From IMG/VR virus record IMGVR_UViG_3300037455_000543, positions 123,136 through 187,135 of that record: a DNA stretch of 64,000 bases; one strand, 5' to 3'. This stretch comes from a virus. Lineage: Duplodnaviria; Heunggongvirae; Uroviricota; Caudoviricetes. The notes below the pieces were generated by a model. It worked only from the letters and a program-made list of their open reading frames with translations, was not told where the DNA came from and did not search any database. Below are positions 17,754 through 27,908 of this stretch, in pieces (the stretch's first letter is position 1; each line of letters starts with the position of its first letter). Both the position numbers and the translations under genes were made by a program.

Positions 17754-19568
17754 TTAGGTGTCATATATGAAATAATATGTATTTGCTTCTGTATTATCTG
17801 GAAGACTAGTGACGTTAATTACACATGCACCAATATCAAAACCACTAGCAGTCTTTCTTAACATATAGTTCGGTCCATTTGTATTATCAAAACTTGACAT
17901 TGAATCATAAGATGCAGTTGGGACGTGAACTACCTTAGACATGTTTCCCTGTGAATTAACTGTAATGTTACCATAAGCAGTATTTCCGTTTGGAGCAAAA
18001 TCAATTTGTATTGAAGTACCATTTAAATCGCCAACATTTCCACCTTGAACATTCTTTAAGAAACCACCACCATTACTATTTACACCAAGCCAGTTAGTAC
18101 CAATAGCGGTTGTATCAGTAAGACTATTTACTCTGGATTGTCCCATTAAAGTAGCAGTAGTATTTACAGTCAACAAATTCTTTCCAGTAGATTTAACAAT
18201 AACATCACCAGATACTGTTCCACCTGAAGTTGGTAAGAAACTACTATTTACATAATCTGTAGTAGCAATAACATCTGTCTTTACACCTAGTTTTGTACTT
18301 ACAGATTTACCATCACCTGATAATGTTGTAGTGTCTATGTTAGCTGTAGCAACAAATGTTCCTAATGCTTCTGATTTAGAGTAAGATTGATCTTGGAAAT
18401 CGCACCAACCACTTACAGCACCATTACTATCTGTTCGTAATACTAAGTATTTGTTTACCAATTCAGTTGGTTTGTCTACTTTATTATTCCATCCAGCACT
18501 AGCTGCTGTTAATGTATTAACAGTGGCTGTAATACTTATTGGTGCATAATCATCTAATTGTGTTTTTAATGCGAATGTAGCACTATCAGTTTGATATTGT
18601 ACTGTAGTTAGATAACTATTTAACTGTGAAGCAGAAGCAAATGTAGAATCTACTTGCGTTTTTGTATAATAGTTACTTAAATCAGTTGTAGGAATCGTAT
18701 AATCAGTACTGCCTATTTTAATACCTGTTAATGTATTGTTAGTACCAGTTAATACATCAGCAGTCGTTACATAATTACCTGTTGGTTGATACAAAGTATC
18801 TGCACTTGTTTTTGTAAGATATGTATTTGGCGCAGTTGTTCCAGTATATGTAGTAAAATCAGAACTATCGAGTTTTCCATTGATAGTATTTAACTGGTCT
18901 TGTGTTAAGCCAATATTCCATTGATTATTAATCTCGCCATCACGTGTTGCTGCAATACCGTTATAGCCGCTTAATGTAGTATCTGTTACAACGGGTTGAG
19001 CAGTCATAGAAATACCAAATGTCTTAACACCGGCATCTGTTGCTGTAGAAACTTGAATACCTGCGGCTGCGGTTACATTATATTTCAAAATATCATTAAA
19101 TGCTGCAGATAATTCATCTTTACCAGAAGTTTCAGTTTTTAAATAATATGTATCTGGAACTTGTGTCAAATAATTCTGGTTGTTAACCCAACCAGTTACT
19201 TCTGCACTGGCTGCTTGAACATATTGTTTTGTTGCAAAATCGCCACTTAGTGCAGCAAATTCATCCTTATCCAATTTTGCATTAATTGCATCGACTGTTG
19301 CATAATTAGCTGAATCAGTTAAATCAGATACTTTCGTCGGAATAGGCGTATTTAATTTAGCTGCTGCATCAGTAGATAAAGCTATTGTATGTTGAGTATT
19401 ATTTATACTAATATTATCATCACCTGGAGTATAAATAACACTTCCTTGTCCACCACCGCCACCGGTGAATGCCTCAATAACAGGACCAAGTGTCACAATT
19501 AAATTATTAACTTCGGATTCAGATAATTGTACTGAATTATTTGTAATAATTTTATTCATCTTACTCAT
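17754..19568 (-). CDS. tail fibre-like protein (604 aa, Ser/Thr/Asn/Gly-rich)
   Basis: Composition and context. Confidence 0.45.
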   Translation of the reverse strand: MSKMNKIITNNSVQLSESEVNNLIVTLGPVIEAFTGGGGGQGSVIYTPGDDNISINNTQHTIALSTDAAAKLNTPIPTKVSDLTDSANYATVDAINAKLDKDEFAALSGDFATKQYVQAASAEVTGWVNNQNYLTQVPDTYYLKTETSGKDELSAAFNDILKYNVTAAAGIQVSTATDAGVKTFGISMTAQPVVTDTTLSGYNGIAATRDGEINNQWNIGLTQDQLNTINGKLDSSDFTTYTGTTAPNTYLTKTSADTLYQPTGNYVTTADVLTGTNNTLTGIKIGSTDYTIPTTDLSNYYTKTQVDSTFASASQLNSYLTTVQYQTDSATFALKTQLDDYAPISITATVNTLTAASAGWNNKVDKPTELVNKYLVLRTDSNGAVSGWCDFQDQSYSKSEALGTFVATANIDTTTLSGDGKSVSTKLGVKTDVIATTDYVNSSFLPTSGGTVSGDVIVKSTGKNLLTVNTTATLMGQSRVNSLTDTTAIGTNWLGVNSNGGGFLKNVQGGNVGDLNGTSIQIDFAPNGNTAYGNITVNSQGNMSKVVHVPTASYDSMSSFDNTNGPNYMLRKTASGFDIGACVINVTSLPDNTEANTYYFIYDT

Positions 19569-19881
19569 ATCTGTCTTCTCCTTCTGCTAATGATTTCAAT
19601 AACCATGCTTTTAAATTTTCTAATCCTTTAATATTAATCGTTTCAATAATTTTTATAGCAGACTGAAACATACCGTATTCAATATATGGCAATACACCCA
19701 TATATTCAGCAAAATCAGTGCCATCATAATCATCTAATTGTTTAATGAAATCGTTAATGATTATTCGTCCAATATATTGATTCCACTCCAGTCCGGTTTT
19801 AAAATCAGAGTTTCCATATATTTTTACAAGTTCATCATTTTTGCTTCCAACCATTTGTAATCTATTATAAGTAGGTAACAT
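19561..19881 (-). CDS. hypothetical protein (106 aa), possible fibre assembly factor
   Basis: Small ORF overlapping both neighbours in the fibre operon. Confidence 0.4.
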   Translation of the reverse strand: MLPTYNRLQMVGSKNDELVKIYGNSDFKTGLEWNQYIGRIIINDFIKQLDDYDGTDFAEYMGVLPYIEYGMFQSAIKIIETINIKGLENLKAWLLKSLAEGEDRYE

Positions 19882-19890
19882 AAAAACTCC

Positions 19891-22800
19891 TTAATTAATC
19901 TTACCGTTACGAATCTGCATAAAGAATCTTGGAACTGTCGGTTGCTCGTTATAATTATCAGACCAAGGGCCCCACTGATAATCAGTTTGACTATCTGGTT
20001 TTAATATATTTAATCCAGCATCAGGATCATTCATATCAATTCCAGTAATATTTTCTGTTCTAACTGTAAATCTAGGTATTGCATTAATAAAACTTGCAGC
20101 TGCATAACTCGGACAACCCGCCAAAGATAATCCGTTTTGTGCTCTAGCTTCTGCTGGAATATAAATTGCAGCATAATAAACACAGTCAGACTTTAATTCA
20201 GAAATATTTGGATTTATATGTTTAATCGGGAATTCATTTCTACCAGCAGCAATTTGAATAGGACCAGTATCAGCGACATAATCAGTATGTGTCCAGTCAT
20301 AAACATATAATGCTAACATAATTTTTGGTGTAAATCCTTGTTTAGCATAAACTCCAAATAATGTTCCTGCAGGTTCTTCTTGCGTAGCCAATCTAATAGG
20401 GTTATTAATAGGAACTGTAAATGCCTGACAAATTAAACCAGCACCATTACTTATTGTAGAAATACTATCATTTGCAAAATCATAAACATTATCAATTTGT
20501 GGCATTGGGAAGTTTGTTGTTAACTTACTATCCAAATCATTTTCCATTTTTTGAACAGATTCAACAACTTCTTCAACTTGACTATTAATTGTAATAGCTT
20601 TAACACCAACACCAGCATTTTCATCAAACTTCAAACCATCACCAAGTTTAACTTGAATATGATTGCCACTAAATTCTAAACCATCGCCAATATCAACACT
20701 AAATGTATCATTTTGTAATAATAAGCCATTACCTGCTTGATAAGTAGAACCACCAATTTCACTTAAAGAACATATTACTCTATGAACATTTAAATCCTTT
20801 ACAAAGAATGTTGTATTACGTGGCAAGTCTTCTATTGTATAAGTCAACTTTGTAGCATCAGTTGCTACTCTAATATCATAAGACAAGCTAATAGTTTCAG
20901 TATGAGCATAGCTACCATCAATTTCCTGCTGTACCTGTCTTGACGGCGCAGTAGTAGATTTTAATATCGTACTGTGATAATTATTATCATTACCTGGAAT
21001 AGTAATACCGACCTGCATATCTACATGATATAAACCAGAATTTGCATATACTTCTGCATTATCAAGATAAATATCAGTTCCGATATAATCATCTTGTGCA
21101 AATCCAGTAATTTCAGCACTTGTTGTATAGGTATTATTTGATGTGTGGAATCTAGCATATGTTACAAGGTTAGTCTTATCAAGGCCTATGTTCCATTGAT
21201 TAGATTCAGGAATATATTCTGCAGAAATACCATTATTACTGTTAATGTTTGCACCACTAAGCAAGTAATAATTTACATCATTATCTATACCAGTCCATGC
21301 ACTCATCATGGATGCAGAAATACTATATTGAATGAACGGTTCAGGTTCCTTGGCACTTAATACATAACCAGAAGTTTCACCCATTGCTGAAACAGTAGCA
21401 GAAACCAGTTCTGGAGTCAAGGAAGTAATAGGATAAATCTTTCCAAGGTCAGACAAATCAATACCAGACCATGCAACTGCATCGCCTGTCTTCTTTATAA
21501 CATATGCTAAATCTTCATCAGCAATTTCATCGCCAGAAGTTACAAACTTTCCAGAATTTGCACTGAATGCAGAAGCTTCATTCCAATTAGCACTCGTTGA
21601 AGATACAGTATCATAAACACTTGTCCAATAACCGGAATTTGCCTTTAATGTTGCACTAGTTTCATCCCAGCTAGCGCTATTGTTAAGAACAGATTCATAA
21701 ACGCTATCCCAGTAACCTGAGTTAGCCTTTAACGTAGCACTTGTTTCATTCCAACTTGCACTATTGGCAAGAACAGACTCATAAACACTGTTCCAGTTTC
21801 CGCTTACATCCGAGATTTCTTCACGTTTTAAATACGGGTCCAAATCCATCGATGTATCGCCAATACAATACCAACCGGTATTTGCGCCTGTACCTGTTAC
21901 AATCCATTCAAATGATTTATCTACACCTGTTACAGTTGAATCTTTAATTAAATATATCTTTTTTGGATCACCTGTTAATGGCAATGCATCAACCGGAACA
22001 AATCCACCAAAATCTGCAAGAGCTGCTGAGATTGCATCAGTTACCCATGGCTTATCAGCTAAGTCGCCGCTAACGAATTCCAATACAAACTTATTGGTTG
22101 CAGATTGAACAGTAATAAATTCATTCTTACTTTCAACAGTATTATGTGCAGAGTTAGCCTTTAATGTTTCAACATCAGTCTTTACTGGCCCGAATTCATC
22201 TGTTTTCCATGTATCAAAAACATCTGTATCAAGCTTTGTAGCAGATAATGCAGAGTGATTATTCCAAGTTGCAGATGTAGCTGTAAGTGCAGTATAAGAT
22301 TCTTCCCATTTACCAGAATTCTCTTTTAATGTAGCACTTGTTTCATTCCAACTTGCGCTATTATCAAATACTGAATCATAAACGCTATTCCACTTACCGC
22401 TATAGTTATCCAATGCATTAGCGGAAAGATAATTAGCAGAAATACTAATTATATGTTCATCAACCTTGATGCCATCTGCCCCACTGTAATATATCTTATC
22501 CCAAGCATCAGTTGTTGCAGACCATTCTTCAAATGCGTCTTTATCAAGTTTTGTAGCAGATAATGCAGAATGATTATTCCATGTTGCAGAAGTTGAAGTC
22601 AATGCTGTATATGCTTGACCCCAAAAACCAGAATTTTCATTTACTACGGCACTTGTCTCATTCCAACTAGCACTATTAGCTAAAACAGAATTATAAACAC
22701 TGTCCCAATAACCAGAATTGGTTTTTAATGTAGCGCTTGTCTCATTCCAGCTTGCGCTATTATCAAATACTGAATTATAAACACTATCCCATTTACCAGA

Positions 22801-23802
22801 GTTAGTATTTAATGTAGCACTTGTTTCGTTCCAACTAGCACTATTAGCTAAAACAGAATTATAAACACTATCCCAATGACCACTAAGATCGTCCAATGCA
22901 TTGGCAGAAAGATATTCACCTATAGGCTGGAATGTCTCCTTAGCCCAAGCGGATGTGTCAGCTAAACCTTTATCAACATAGCTCTTATCAGCTTTGGCAG
23001 TTACTGTGTTCCATGTATTTCGTTCACCTTCTTGAATATGAACATCAGTAGCAGCAACATGAGTAGCTAAATCAGACTTAATACTAGAAACAGAACTTAT
23101 AGCTGATAACTGTGCAGGTGTTAACTTATCTTGTTTTTTATTAAATGCTGCATCAAGTTCTCCGTTAGCACTTGTTTCAGTCTTCTTATAATAATAATCT
23201 AACTGAGATGCAGATGCAAAAGTTGCTTTTGCCCATGCAGAAGTAGCAGTAAACTTATTATCAACATCAGTTTTTAATGCAAATTTTCCAGAATTCGAAG
23301 AAAATGCAGAAGCTTCATTCCATTTTGCACTGTTTGCCTTTACAGTATTATATGTGTTTTGCCAATTTCCGCTATAATTATTCAATGCATTAGCAGAAAG
23401 ATACTTTGCAGATACACCTATATAATATGCAGATGTAGAACTATCCCATCTTGCACGAATACCATCTACACCTAATATATTAGTGTCTGATACAATAGGG
23501 TCAGCAGTAAAAGAAATGTCATAATATGCAACACCATCTTTAAAATCTGGCGTAATTGTAACATTTTTATCAGTACTGCTAACAACTGCATGCGGTACTG
23601 CGCTGTATATTGAAAAATCTTCGTTTGTTACATATAAATCTGACTTAACACCTAATGGCTTACTATTAGTGCCATTGCCAGATAATGTATCATCAATCTT
23701 TAAATTTAATCCTATCGGAGAGTCTGATCTACCATTTCCAGATAATGGTGCATTAACTTTTGCTTGATCTATTGCTATAATATGGCCATTTTTCTGTATC
23801 AT
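19891..23802 (-). CDS. large tail fibre protein (1303 aa) with 28-aa tandem repeats
   Basis: Repeats such as NSGKWDSVYNSVFDNSASWNETSATLKT occur at least 8 times. A TATAAATA box is 20 nt upstream, with an AGAGGA RBS. Confidence 0.6.
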   Translation of the reverse strand: MIQKNGHIIAIDQAKVNAPLSGNGRSDSPIGLNLKIDDTLSGNGTNSKPLGVKSDLYVTNEDFSIYSAVPHAVVSSTDKNVTITPDFKDGVAYYDISFTADPIVSDTNILGVDGIRARWDSSTSAYYIGVSAKYLSANALNNYSGNWQNTYNTVKANSAKWNEASAFSSNSGKFALKTDVDNKFTATSAWAKATFASASQLDYYYKKTETSANGELDAAFNKKQDKLTPAQLSAISSVSSIKSDLATHVAATDVHIQEGERNTWNTVTAKADKSYVDKGLADTSAWAKETFQPIGEYLSANALDDLSGHWDSVYNSVLANSASWNETSATLNTNSGKWDSVYNSVFDNSASWNETSATLKTNSGYWDSVYNSVLANSASWNETSAVVNENSGFWGQAYTALTSTSATWNNHSALSATKLDKDAFEEWSATTDAWDKIYYSGADGIKVDEHIISISANYLSANALDNYSGKWNSVYDSVFDNSASWNETSATLKENSGKWEESYTALTATSATWNNHSALSATKLDTDVFDTWKTDEFGPVKTDVETLKANSAHNTVESKNEFITVQSATNKFVLEFVSGDLADKPWVTDAISAALADFGGFVPVDALPLTGDPKKIYLIKDSTVTGVDKSFEWIVTGTGANTGWYCIGDTSMDLDPYLKREEISDVSGNWNSVYESVLANSASWNETSATLKANSGYWDSVYESVLNNSASWDETSATLKANSGYWTSVYDTVSSTSANWNEASAFSANSGKFVTSGDEIADEDLAYVIKKTGDAVAWSGIDLSDLGKIYPITSLTPELVSATVSAMGETSGYVLSAKEPEPFIQYSISASMMSAWTGIDNDVNYYLLSGANINSNNGISAEYIPESNQWNIGLDKTNLVTYARFHTSNNTYTTSAEITGFAQDDYIGTDIYLDNAEVYANSGLYHVDMQVGITIPGNDNNYHSTILKSTTAPSRQVQQEIDGSYAHTETISLSYDIRVATDATKLTYTIEDLPRNTTFFVKDLNVHRVICSLSEIGGSTYQAGNGLLLQNDTFSVDIGDGLEFSGNHIQVKLGDGLKFDENAGVGVKAITINSQVEEVVESVQKMENDLDSKLTTNFPMPQIDNVYDFANDSISTISNGAGLICQAFTVPINNPIRLATQEEPAGTLFGVYAKQGFTPKIMLALYVYDWTHTDYVADTGPIQIAAGRNEFPIKHINPNISELKSDCVYYAAIYIPAEARAQNGLSLAGCPSYAAASFINAIPRFTVRTENITGIDMNDPDAGLNILKPDSQTDYQWGPWSDNYNEQPTVPRFFMQIRNGKIN
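21640..22905 (-). repeat. 84-nt tandem or dispersed repeats inside the fibre gene
   Basis: The DNA motif GCACTTGTTTCATTCCAACTTGCACTATT... recurs. Confidence 0.55.
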
Positions 23803-23822
23803 CTTGTTTTTTCCTCTATAAT

Positions 23823-23830
23823 TATTTATA
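23823..23830 (-). promoter_or_regulatory. T4-late-like TATAAATA box for the fibre operon
   Basis: Minus-strand TATAAATA 20 nt upstream of the ATG at 23802. Confidence 0.4.
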
Positions 23831-23893
23831 GCTGGCCATACACATTAAAAATCAAATAATTTATAAAATATTTACATTTTTTCTCAATTTTAC

Positions 23894-23901
23894 TATATTT
23901 T
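23894..23901 (+). promoter_or_regulatory. -7 box TATATTTT (TAnnTTTG class)
   Basis: TTACTATATTTT lies 7 nt before the ATG at 23909. Confidence 0.35.
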
Positions 23902-23908
23902 AATAGAT

Positions 23909-24802
23909 ATGATAGAATTTGAAAAACCAATGCCCATTAAGGACTATATGGCAGAATTTTATGCCGGAAAGCATCAAACTGAGTATAATATCTGCCGTTT
24001 TTGTGACGACAAGGAAAAATTTGCCAGAGAATGGCTGGAAAGGGAAGTTCCAGGCATAAATTTAGACAATCCACAAAATATCGTAGACCGTATTGGCTAT
24101 TATAAAATCTATGATAGAAACCCTATCAAGCAGGACTGGACCGATAAGATTACCGCTCTTGAATTACTTAGAAATGATGGTTTAAGCGAACTTAGGATTG
24201 AACCTGTATTTACAGACAGGAACTACTTGACTGAACATAATTATCGTTGGCATCTTTCTAATAATACAAATTATATCCTTAGGTGTAATCATGGTTCTGG
24301 TTGGAATATGAAATTTAGGAAAGAAGATAGCTTCAATCCAGAATATCTAATCAGGAAATCTCATGAATGGTGTAATCTCAACTATGCTTATATTAGCGGT
24401 TATGAATGGCAATATGAATGCATCAAACCAGGCATCGTAATCCAGCCTGACCTTGGCGAACTGTTGAACTGGGAATTCTGGTGCGAAAATGGTGAAATTG
24501 TCAATGTCTGTCGTGCCAAGAAGCTTAAAAAGAATATTATGATGTATCTTTCATGGTATGACAAGGACGGAAATCCTCCAGAATGGTATATCGGAACAAA
24601 ACCGTTGAACTTCAAGGTCATGTCACAGAAAGAACGTGAAATCTTGAATAGAATGATTCCGTATGTAGAACATCTCTGTAAAGGTTTTAAATTCGTAAGG
24701 GTAGATTTATACAGCATAAATAATGAAGTCAAATTTAGTGAAATGACATTTACTCCTTGTGCGGGTAAATTAGATTTAAAGTGGGTAAAAGATGAACATT
24801 GA
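23909..24802 (+). CDS. TupA-like ATP-grasp protein
   Basis: 297 aa. The C-terminal ...FVRVDLYSINNEVKFSEMTFTPCAG resembles the FGEiTFyP.sG end of ATPgrasp_TupA. Confidence 0.45.
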   Translation: MIEFEKPMPIKDYMAEFYAGKHQTEYNICRFCDDKEKFAREWLEREVPGINLDNPQNIVDRIGYYKIYDRNPIKQDWTDKITALELLRNDGLSELRIEPVFTDRNYLTEHNYRWHLSNNTNYILRCNHGSGWNMKFRKEDSFNPEYLIRKSHEWCNLNYAYISGYEWQYECIKPGIVIQPDLGELLNWEFWCENGEIVNVCRAKKLKKNIMMYLSWYDKDGNPPEWYIGTKPLNFKVMSQKEREILNRMIPYVEHLCKGFKFVRVDLYSINNEVKFSEMTFTPCAGKLDLKWVKDEH

Positions 24803-25349
24803 ACAATTTGTCGATAATTGTGACGTATTTGAATATAAAGAAAAAGTAACCTTTACATATAAGGAAGTCCAAGTTTTATTTGATTTCTTGTCAAAAATAA
24901 TAAATTCAAACGGACCTGGTTTCTCAGTATATCATCATACATTGTTTATCGATAACTACAATATGCTTTTTCAAGCAATGAATTATGTAGATTCTGAAAT
25001 TCGTAAACATTTTAACGATAATACTGTTAATAAAGTCAATGAATATAATGCAAAGAAGGAATTGCTTATCCAAAAATTCATTGACCGTGATGAACAAGGT
25101 GATCCAATTTATAAAGACGGTAAGGCTGTAATTACAGATAATCTTGTCGAATTCAATAATGAAGTACAAAAACTTGATATTGAATATAAGCCTGTTCTTG
25201 AACAAATTGGCAATAAACAGCAAGAATTTCAGAAATTCCTGATTGAAAATACAGTAAGCCTCGAAAAATTACTCATGTTTAAAGATTTCGAAATGTATAA
25301 TGAGTTGTTTACGCCTACTATATTTAGCATATATCTTAATAAGGCATAA
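24792..25349 (+). CDS. hypothetical protein (185 aa)
   Basis: ORF. Confidence 0.5.
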   Translation: MNIEQFVDNCDVFEYKEKVTFTYKEVQVLFDFLSKIINSNGPGFSVYHHTLFIDNYNMLFQAMNYVDSEIRKHFNDNTVNKVNEYNAKKELLIQKFIDRDEQGDPIYKDGKAVITDNLVEFNNEVQKLDIEYKPVLEQIGNKQQEFQKFLIENTVSLEKLLMFKDFEMYNELFTPTIFSIYLNKA

Positions 25350-25356
25350 ATAATAT

Positions 25357-25713
25357 ATGAATTACGACTTTGGACATCCGAAATTTCACAATGGACAGCT
25401 TACTTTTCCAGAAAAGGAAAAATCGCTAATTGATATATTTAGACAATATGTACTCAAACTAAAATATATCTTAAAACCAAACATGATTCTATCCAAAGAA
25501 AACCGGGATATTGCTCTTGTTAAAAACTGGGGTCATGCACTGGAACTTATTATGAAAAATGGTCAAGTTCCAAATAGAAAGTTCTTAAGATCAAAACATG
25601 ATATCGAGACTTTCTTTACAGAACTGAATGAATCATATTGTACTTCATTTAATAAAACTGCTATAGAAGAAGCAGTTAATGTATTAAAGAATTCTGGCTA
25701 TATAGTCAAATAA
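25357..25713 (+). CDS. hypothetical protein (118 aa); the C-terminus carries the family motif EEAVNVLKNSGYIVK
   Basis: Motif shared with the paralog family below. Confidence 0.5.
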   Translation: MNYDFGHPKFHNGQLTFPEKEKSLIDIFRQYVLKLKYILKPNMILSKENRDIALVKNWGHALELIMKNGQVPNRKFLRSKHDIETFFTELNESYCTSFNKTAIEEAVNVLKNSGYIVK

Positions 25714-25732
25714 ATTCCGAGTTTTTTATTTA

Positions 25733-25759
25733 AACCTAGCTTTTTGGCTAGGTTTTTTA
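25733..25759 (+). terminator. rho-independent terminator
   Basis: AACCTAGC-TTTTTG-GCTAGGTT followed by TTTTTT. Confidence 0.5.
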
Positions 25760-25760
25760 T

Positions 25761-25768
25761 TATAAATA
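25761..25768 (+). promoter_or_regulatory. T4-late-like TATAAATA box
   Basis: 19 nt upstream of the ATG at 25788, followed by a GAGGAAA RBS. Confidence 0.4.
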
Positions 25769-25787
25769 ATATAAAACGAGGAAATTT

Positions 25788-26120
25788 ATGACTTTAACAG
25801 AAGCAAAGGAAATCCTTAAAAAAACCGGTTATAATATAATAAATGAAGATAAAGAACCATTTAACCCAAATTTAGTATGGGAAGAAGGATGGAAAGGTTT
25901 AACTCGAGAAGAACAAAAAGCGGCAGAATGGCTTATACAAAAATATACTAGCAATACGATTAATTTAGATGCAGTAAATAATGGCAAATCTACACAAATT
26001 ATTGCAGCAATTTTAGACCATAAAGATGCTTGGCTTGACTATATATCTGCTGAAGATATTATAAACATGGTTTATAAGTATTTAAATTCATTAACTGCTG
26101 AAGAATGGGACGAATTATAA
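25788..26120 (+). CDS. paralog-family protein 1 (110 aa)
   Basis: N-terminus MTLTEAKEILKKTGYNII. Confidence 0.5.
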   Translation: MTLTEAKEILKKTGYNIINEDKEPFNPNLVWEEGWKGLTREEQKAAEWLIQKYTSNTINLDAVNNGKSTQIIAAILDHKDAWLDYISAEDIINMVYKYLNSLTAEEWDEL

Positions 26121-26139
26121 TTAATAAGGATATATTATT

Positions 26140-26778
26140 ATGACATTATCAGAAGCTAAACAAATCGTTACTAGAGCAAATCTTAATTTTGTAAAAGAAG
26201 CTACAACTTATTCTGGTCGTTCAGCTAGATTTGATATCAATAGAAAGATTATAGAATATATTGGTAATGATAAATTTATTATCGCATTCCTTATGGGCAT
26301 GTATGGTCGTCAGGAAGCTGATGAAAAAATGGGCCGTTATACAATCCATAAAAATTTAAGAGGATTTAACCAGACCGACGCTGGCCTGCTTTCTTTTTAT
26401 GCTGAAAAGATTGCGAACGGTGAAAAACTTACACCGAAAGAAATGGCACAGGCTAAACGTACTCTTATGACCTACAAGAATACACAGTGTCTCAAAGTTC
26501 TTCAAGAAATCGGATATATTCAAGAAACAAAGATTCGTGGCCAAGTTGCATATATTTTCAATGACGATGCTTTTGCTGAAGATCCAGAGGCTGCTTTGCC
26601 TAATCCAAAACAGAGTGAAGAAAACTTTGTCAACCAGTGTATTGCACTTGCGGAACAGGATAAAGGAATCATAGATGATGACGATTTAGACGACGCTAAG
26701 GCTCTTGCTTTAGATATGTATCGTCTTGGCGTTATTTCTCCGCAAGACGTAGCTGACAAAATTAATGAGGAGTTTTAA
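26140..26778 (+). CDS. paralog-family protein 2 (212 aa)
   Basis: N-terminus MTLSEAKQIVTRANLNFV. An internal GFNQTDAGLLSF...KLTPKEM block is shared with the next gene. Confidence 0.5.
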   Translation: MTLSEAKQIVTRANLNFVKEATTYSGRSARFDINRKIIEYIGNDKFIIAFLMGMYGRQEADEKMGRYTIHKNLRGFNQTDAGLLSFYAEKIANGEKLTPKEMAQAKRTLMTYKNTQCLKVLQEIGYIQETKIRGQVAYIFNDDAFAEDPEAALPNPKQSEENFVNQCIALAEQDKGIIDDDDLDDAKALALDMYRLGVISPQDVADKINEEF

Positions 26779-26780
26779 TA

Positions 26781-27428
26781 ATGATTAAAGAATCGTTTAA
26801 ACAATTTTTTAAAAGAACAGTCCTTGATGAGGCTTCTGCTACAAACATGGCGACACTTATCGCCAAAATGAAAAAGCAGCTTGAAAGAGATGACCAAGCT
26901 ATCAAAGCTCTTATGAAGCTTTATGAACGTCAACGTGATGTTGAAAAAGCTGCAAAACAGACAAGATTTGTAAACTATGAAGGTTTCAATCAACCTGATG
27001 CTAGATTTTTATCTTCTCTCGCTCAGTCATACATCAAGTATAAGAAATTAACCCCTCCACAAATGTTCGTATTAAAGAAGAAGATTACGAAATATGCTGG
27101 TCAGCTTATTAATATGTCTATCGAAGCAGGTCTTATCGAAAAACCTAGTCGTGGCGTATATGTCTGGGGTAAGGACAAACAGGTTGACGCTTTCAAAGAA
27201 GCAACAGAACAAACTGTAGATGTTGAACAAGTTCTTGACATCATGGAACCAGATGTAGATGTTCCAGAAGAAATGACTTATGCTGAATTTGAAGCAATAT
27301 TAAAACGTGAATGTGCTGAATGTGTCGCAGGCTTATCTGAAGAAGAACTTGATGACATTATCAATAGACTCTACAAATCCGGTGTCGGCATTCCGACTGC
27401 AAAACAATATATCTGCAATGAAGCATAA
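26781..27428 (+). CDS. paralog-family protein 3 (215 aa)
   Basis: Carries GFNQPDARFLSS...KLTPPQM, paralogous to 26140..26778. Confidence 0.5.
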   Translation: MIKESFKQFFKRTVLDEASATNMATLIAKMKKQLERDDQAIKALMKLYERQRDVEKAAKQTRFVNYEGFNQPDARFLSSLAQSYIKYKKLTPPQMFVLKKKITKYAGQLINMSIEAGLIEKPSRGVYVWGKDKQVDAFKEATEQTVDVEQVLDIMEPDVDVPEEMTYAEFEAILKRECAECVAGLSEEELDDIINRLYKSGVGIPTAKQYICNEA

Positions 27429-27438
27429 GGAAATAACT

Positions 27439-27846
27439 ATGGATCTGAATGAAGCTATATCTATATTAAACAAGAATAATTATAAAGTAAAACCTTTAAA
27501 TGAAGCAGATTTACGTTTTGATTCTGCAGACCAATTCTTGTCATTTACTCAATCTAAGGGTTATTACCAGAATTCTGTAAAGATTGCAAATATTAATACC
27601 ATGTTAAGTGAAAAAGAACTTAACAATACAGGTAGCGATATTGGCGAAGTCATAATTGAACATTACTGCAAGAAATTTGATACATCAAAGAAAGAACTTC
27701 AAAAAGCATGGGATAAAGGTTGGAAAGCTGAAGATCCTGATGCATTTAAAGAAGATGACTTTGACAAGAAAAATTGTGACGTAAATGAATGTGTTCAGGT
27801 TTTCCAAAAAGCTGCAATCATGCATGCTTTCCTTAACAATTTTTAG
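27439..27846 (+). CDS. paralog-family protein 4 (135 aa)
   Basis: The ATG at 27439 has an AAGGA RBS. N-terminus MDLNEAISILNKNNYKVK. The longer track ORF from 27307 overlaps the previous gene. Confidence 0.5.
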   Translation: MDLNEAISILNKNNYKVKPLNEADLRFDSADQFLSFTQSKGYYQNSVKIANINTMLSEKELNNTGSDIGEVIIEHYCKKFDTSKKELQKAWDKGWKAEDPDAFKEDDFDKKNCDVNECVQVFQKAAIMHAFLNNF

Positions 27847-27877
27847 TGAGAAACCAAAAAACTTTGGAAATTAAAAT

Positions 27878-27908
27878 AAAAAACCGGAATTATTTTCCGG
27901 TTTTATTT
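27878..27908. terminator. bidirectional terminator
   Basis: AAAACCGGAA-TTATT-TTCCGGTTTT. Confidence 0.5.

Noticed and set aside
12349-23802. Possible diversity-generating retroelement acting on the repeat-rich fibres
   Set aside because: There is no reverse transcriptase, no template or variable repeat pair with adenine-specific mismatches, and no C-type-lectin-fold terminus visible in this window. The repeats are in-frame structural tandem repeats.
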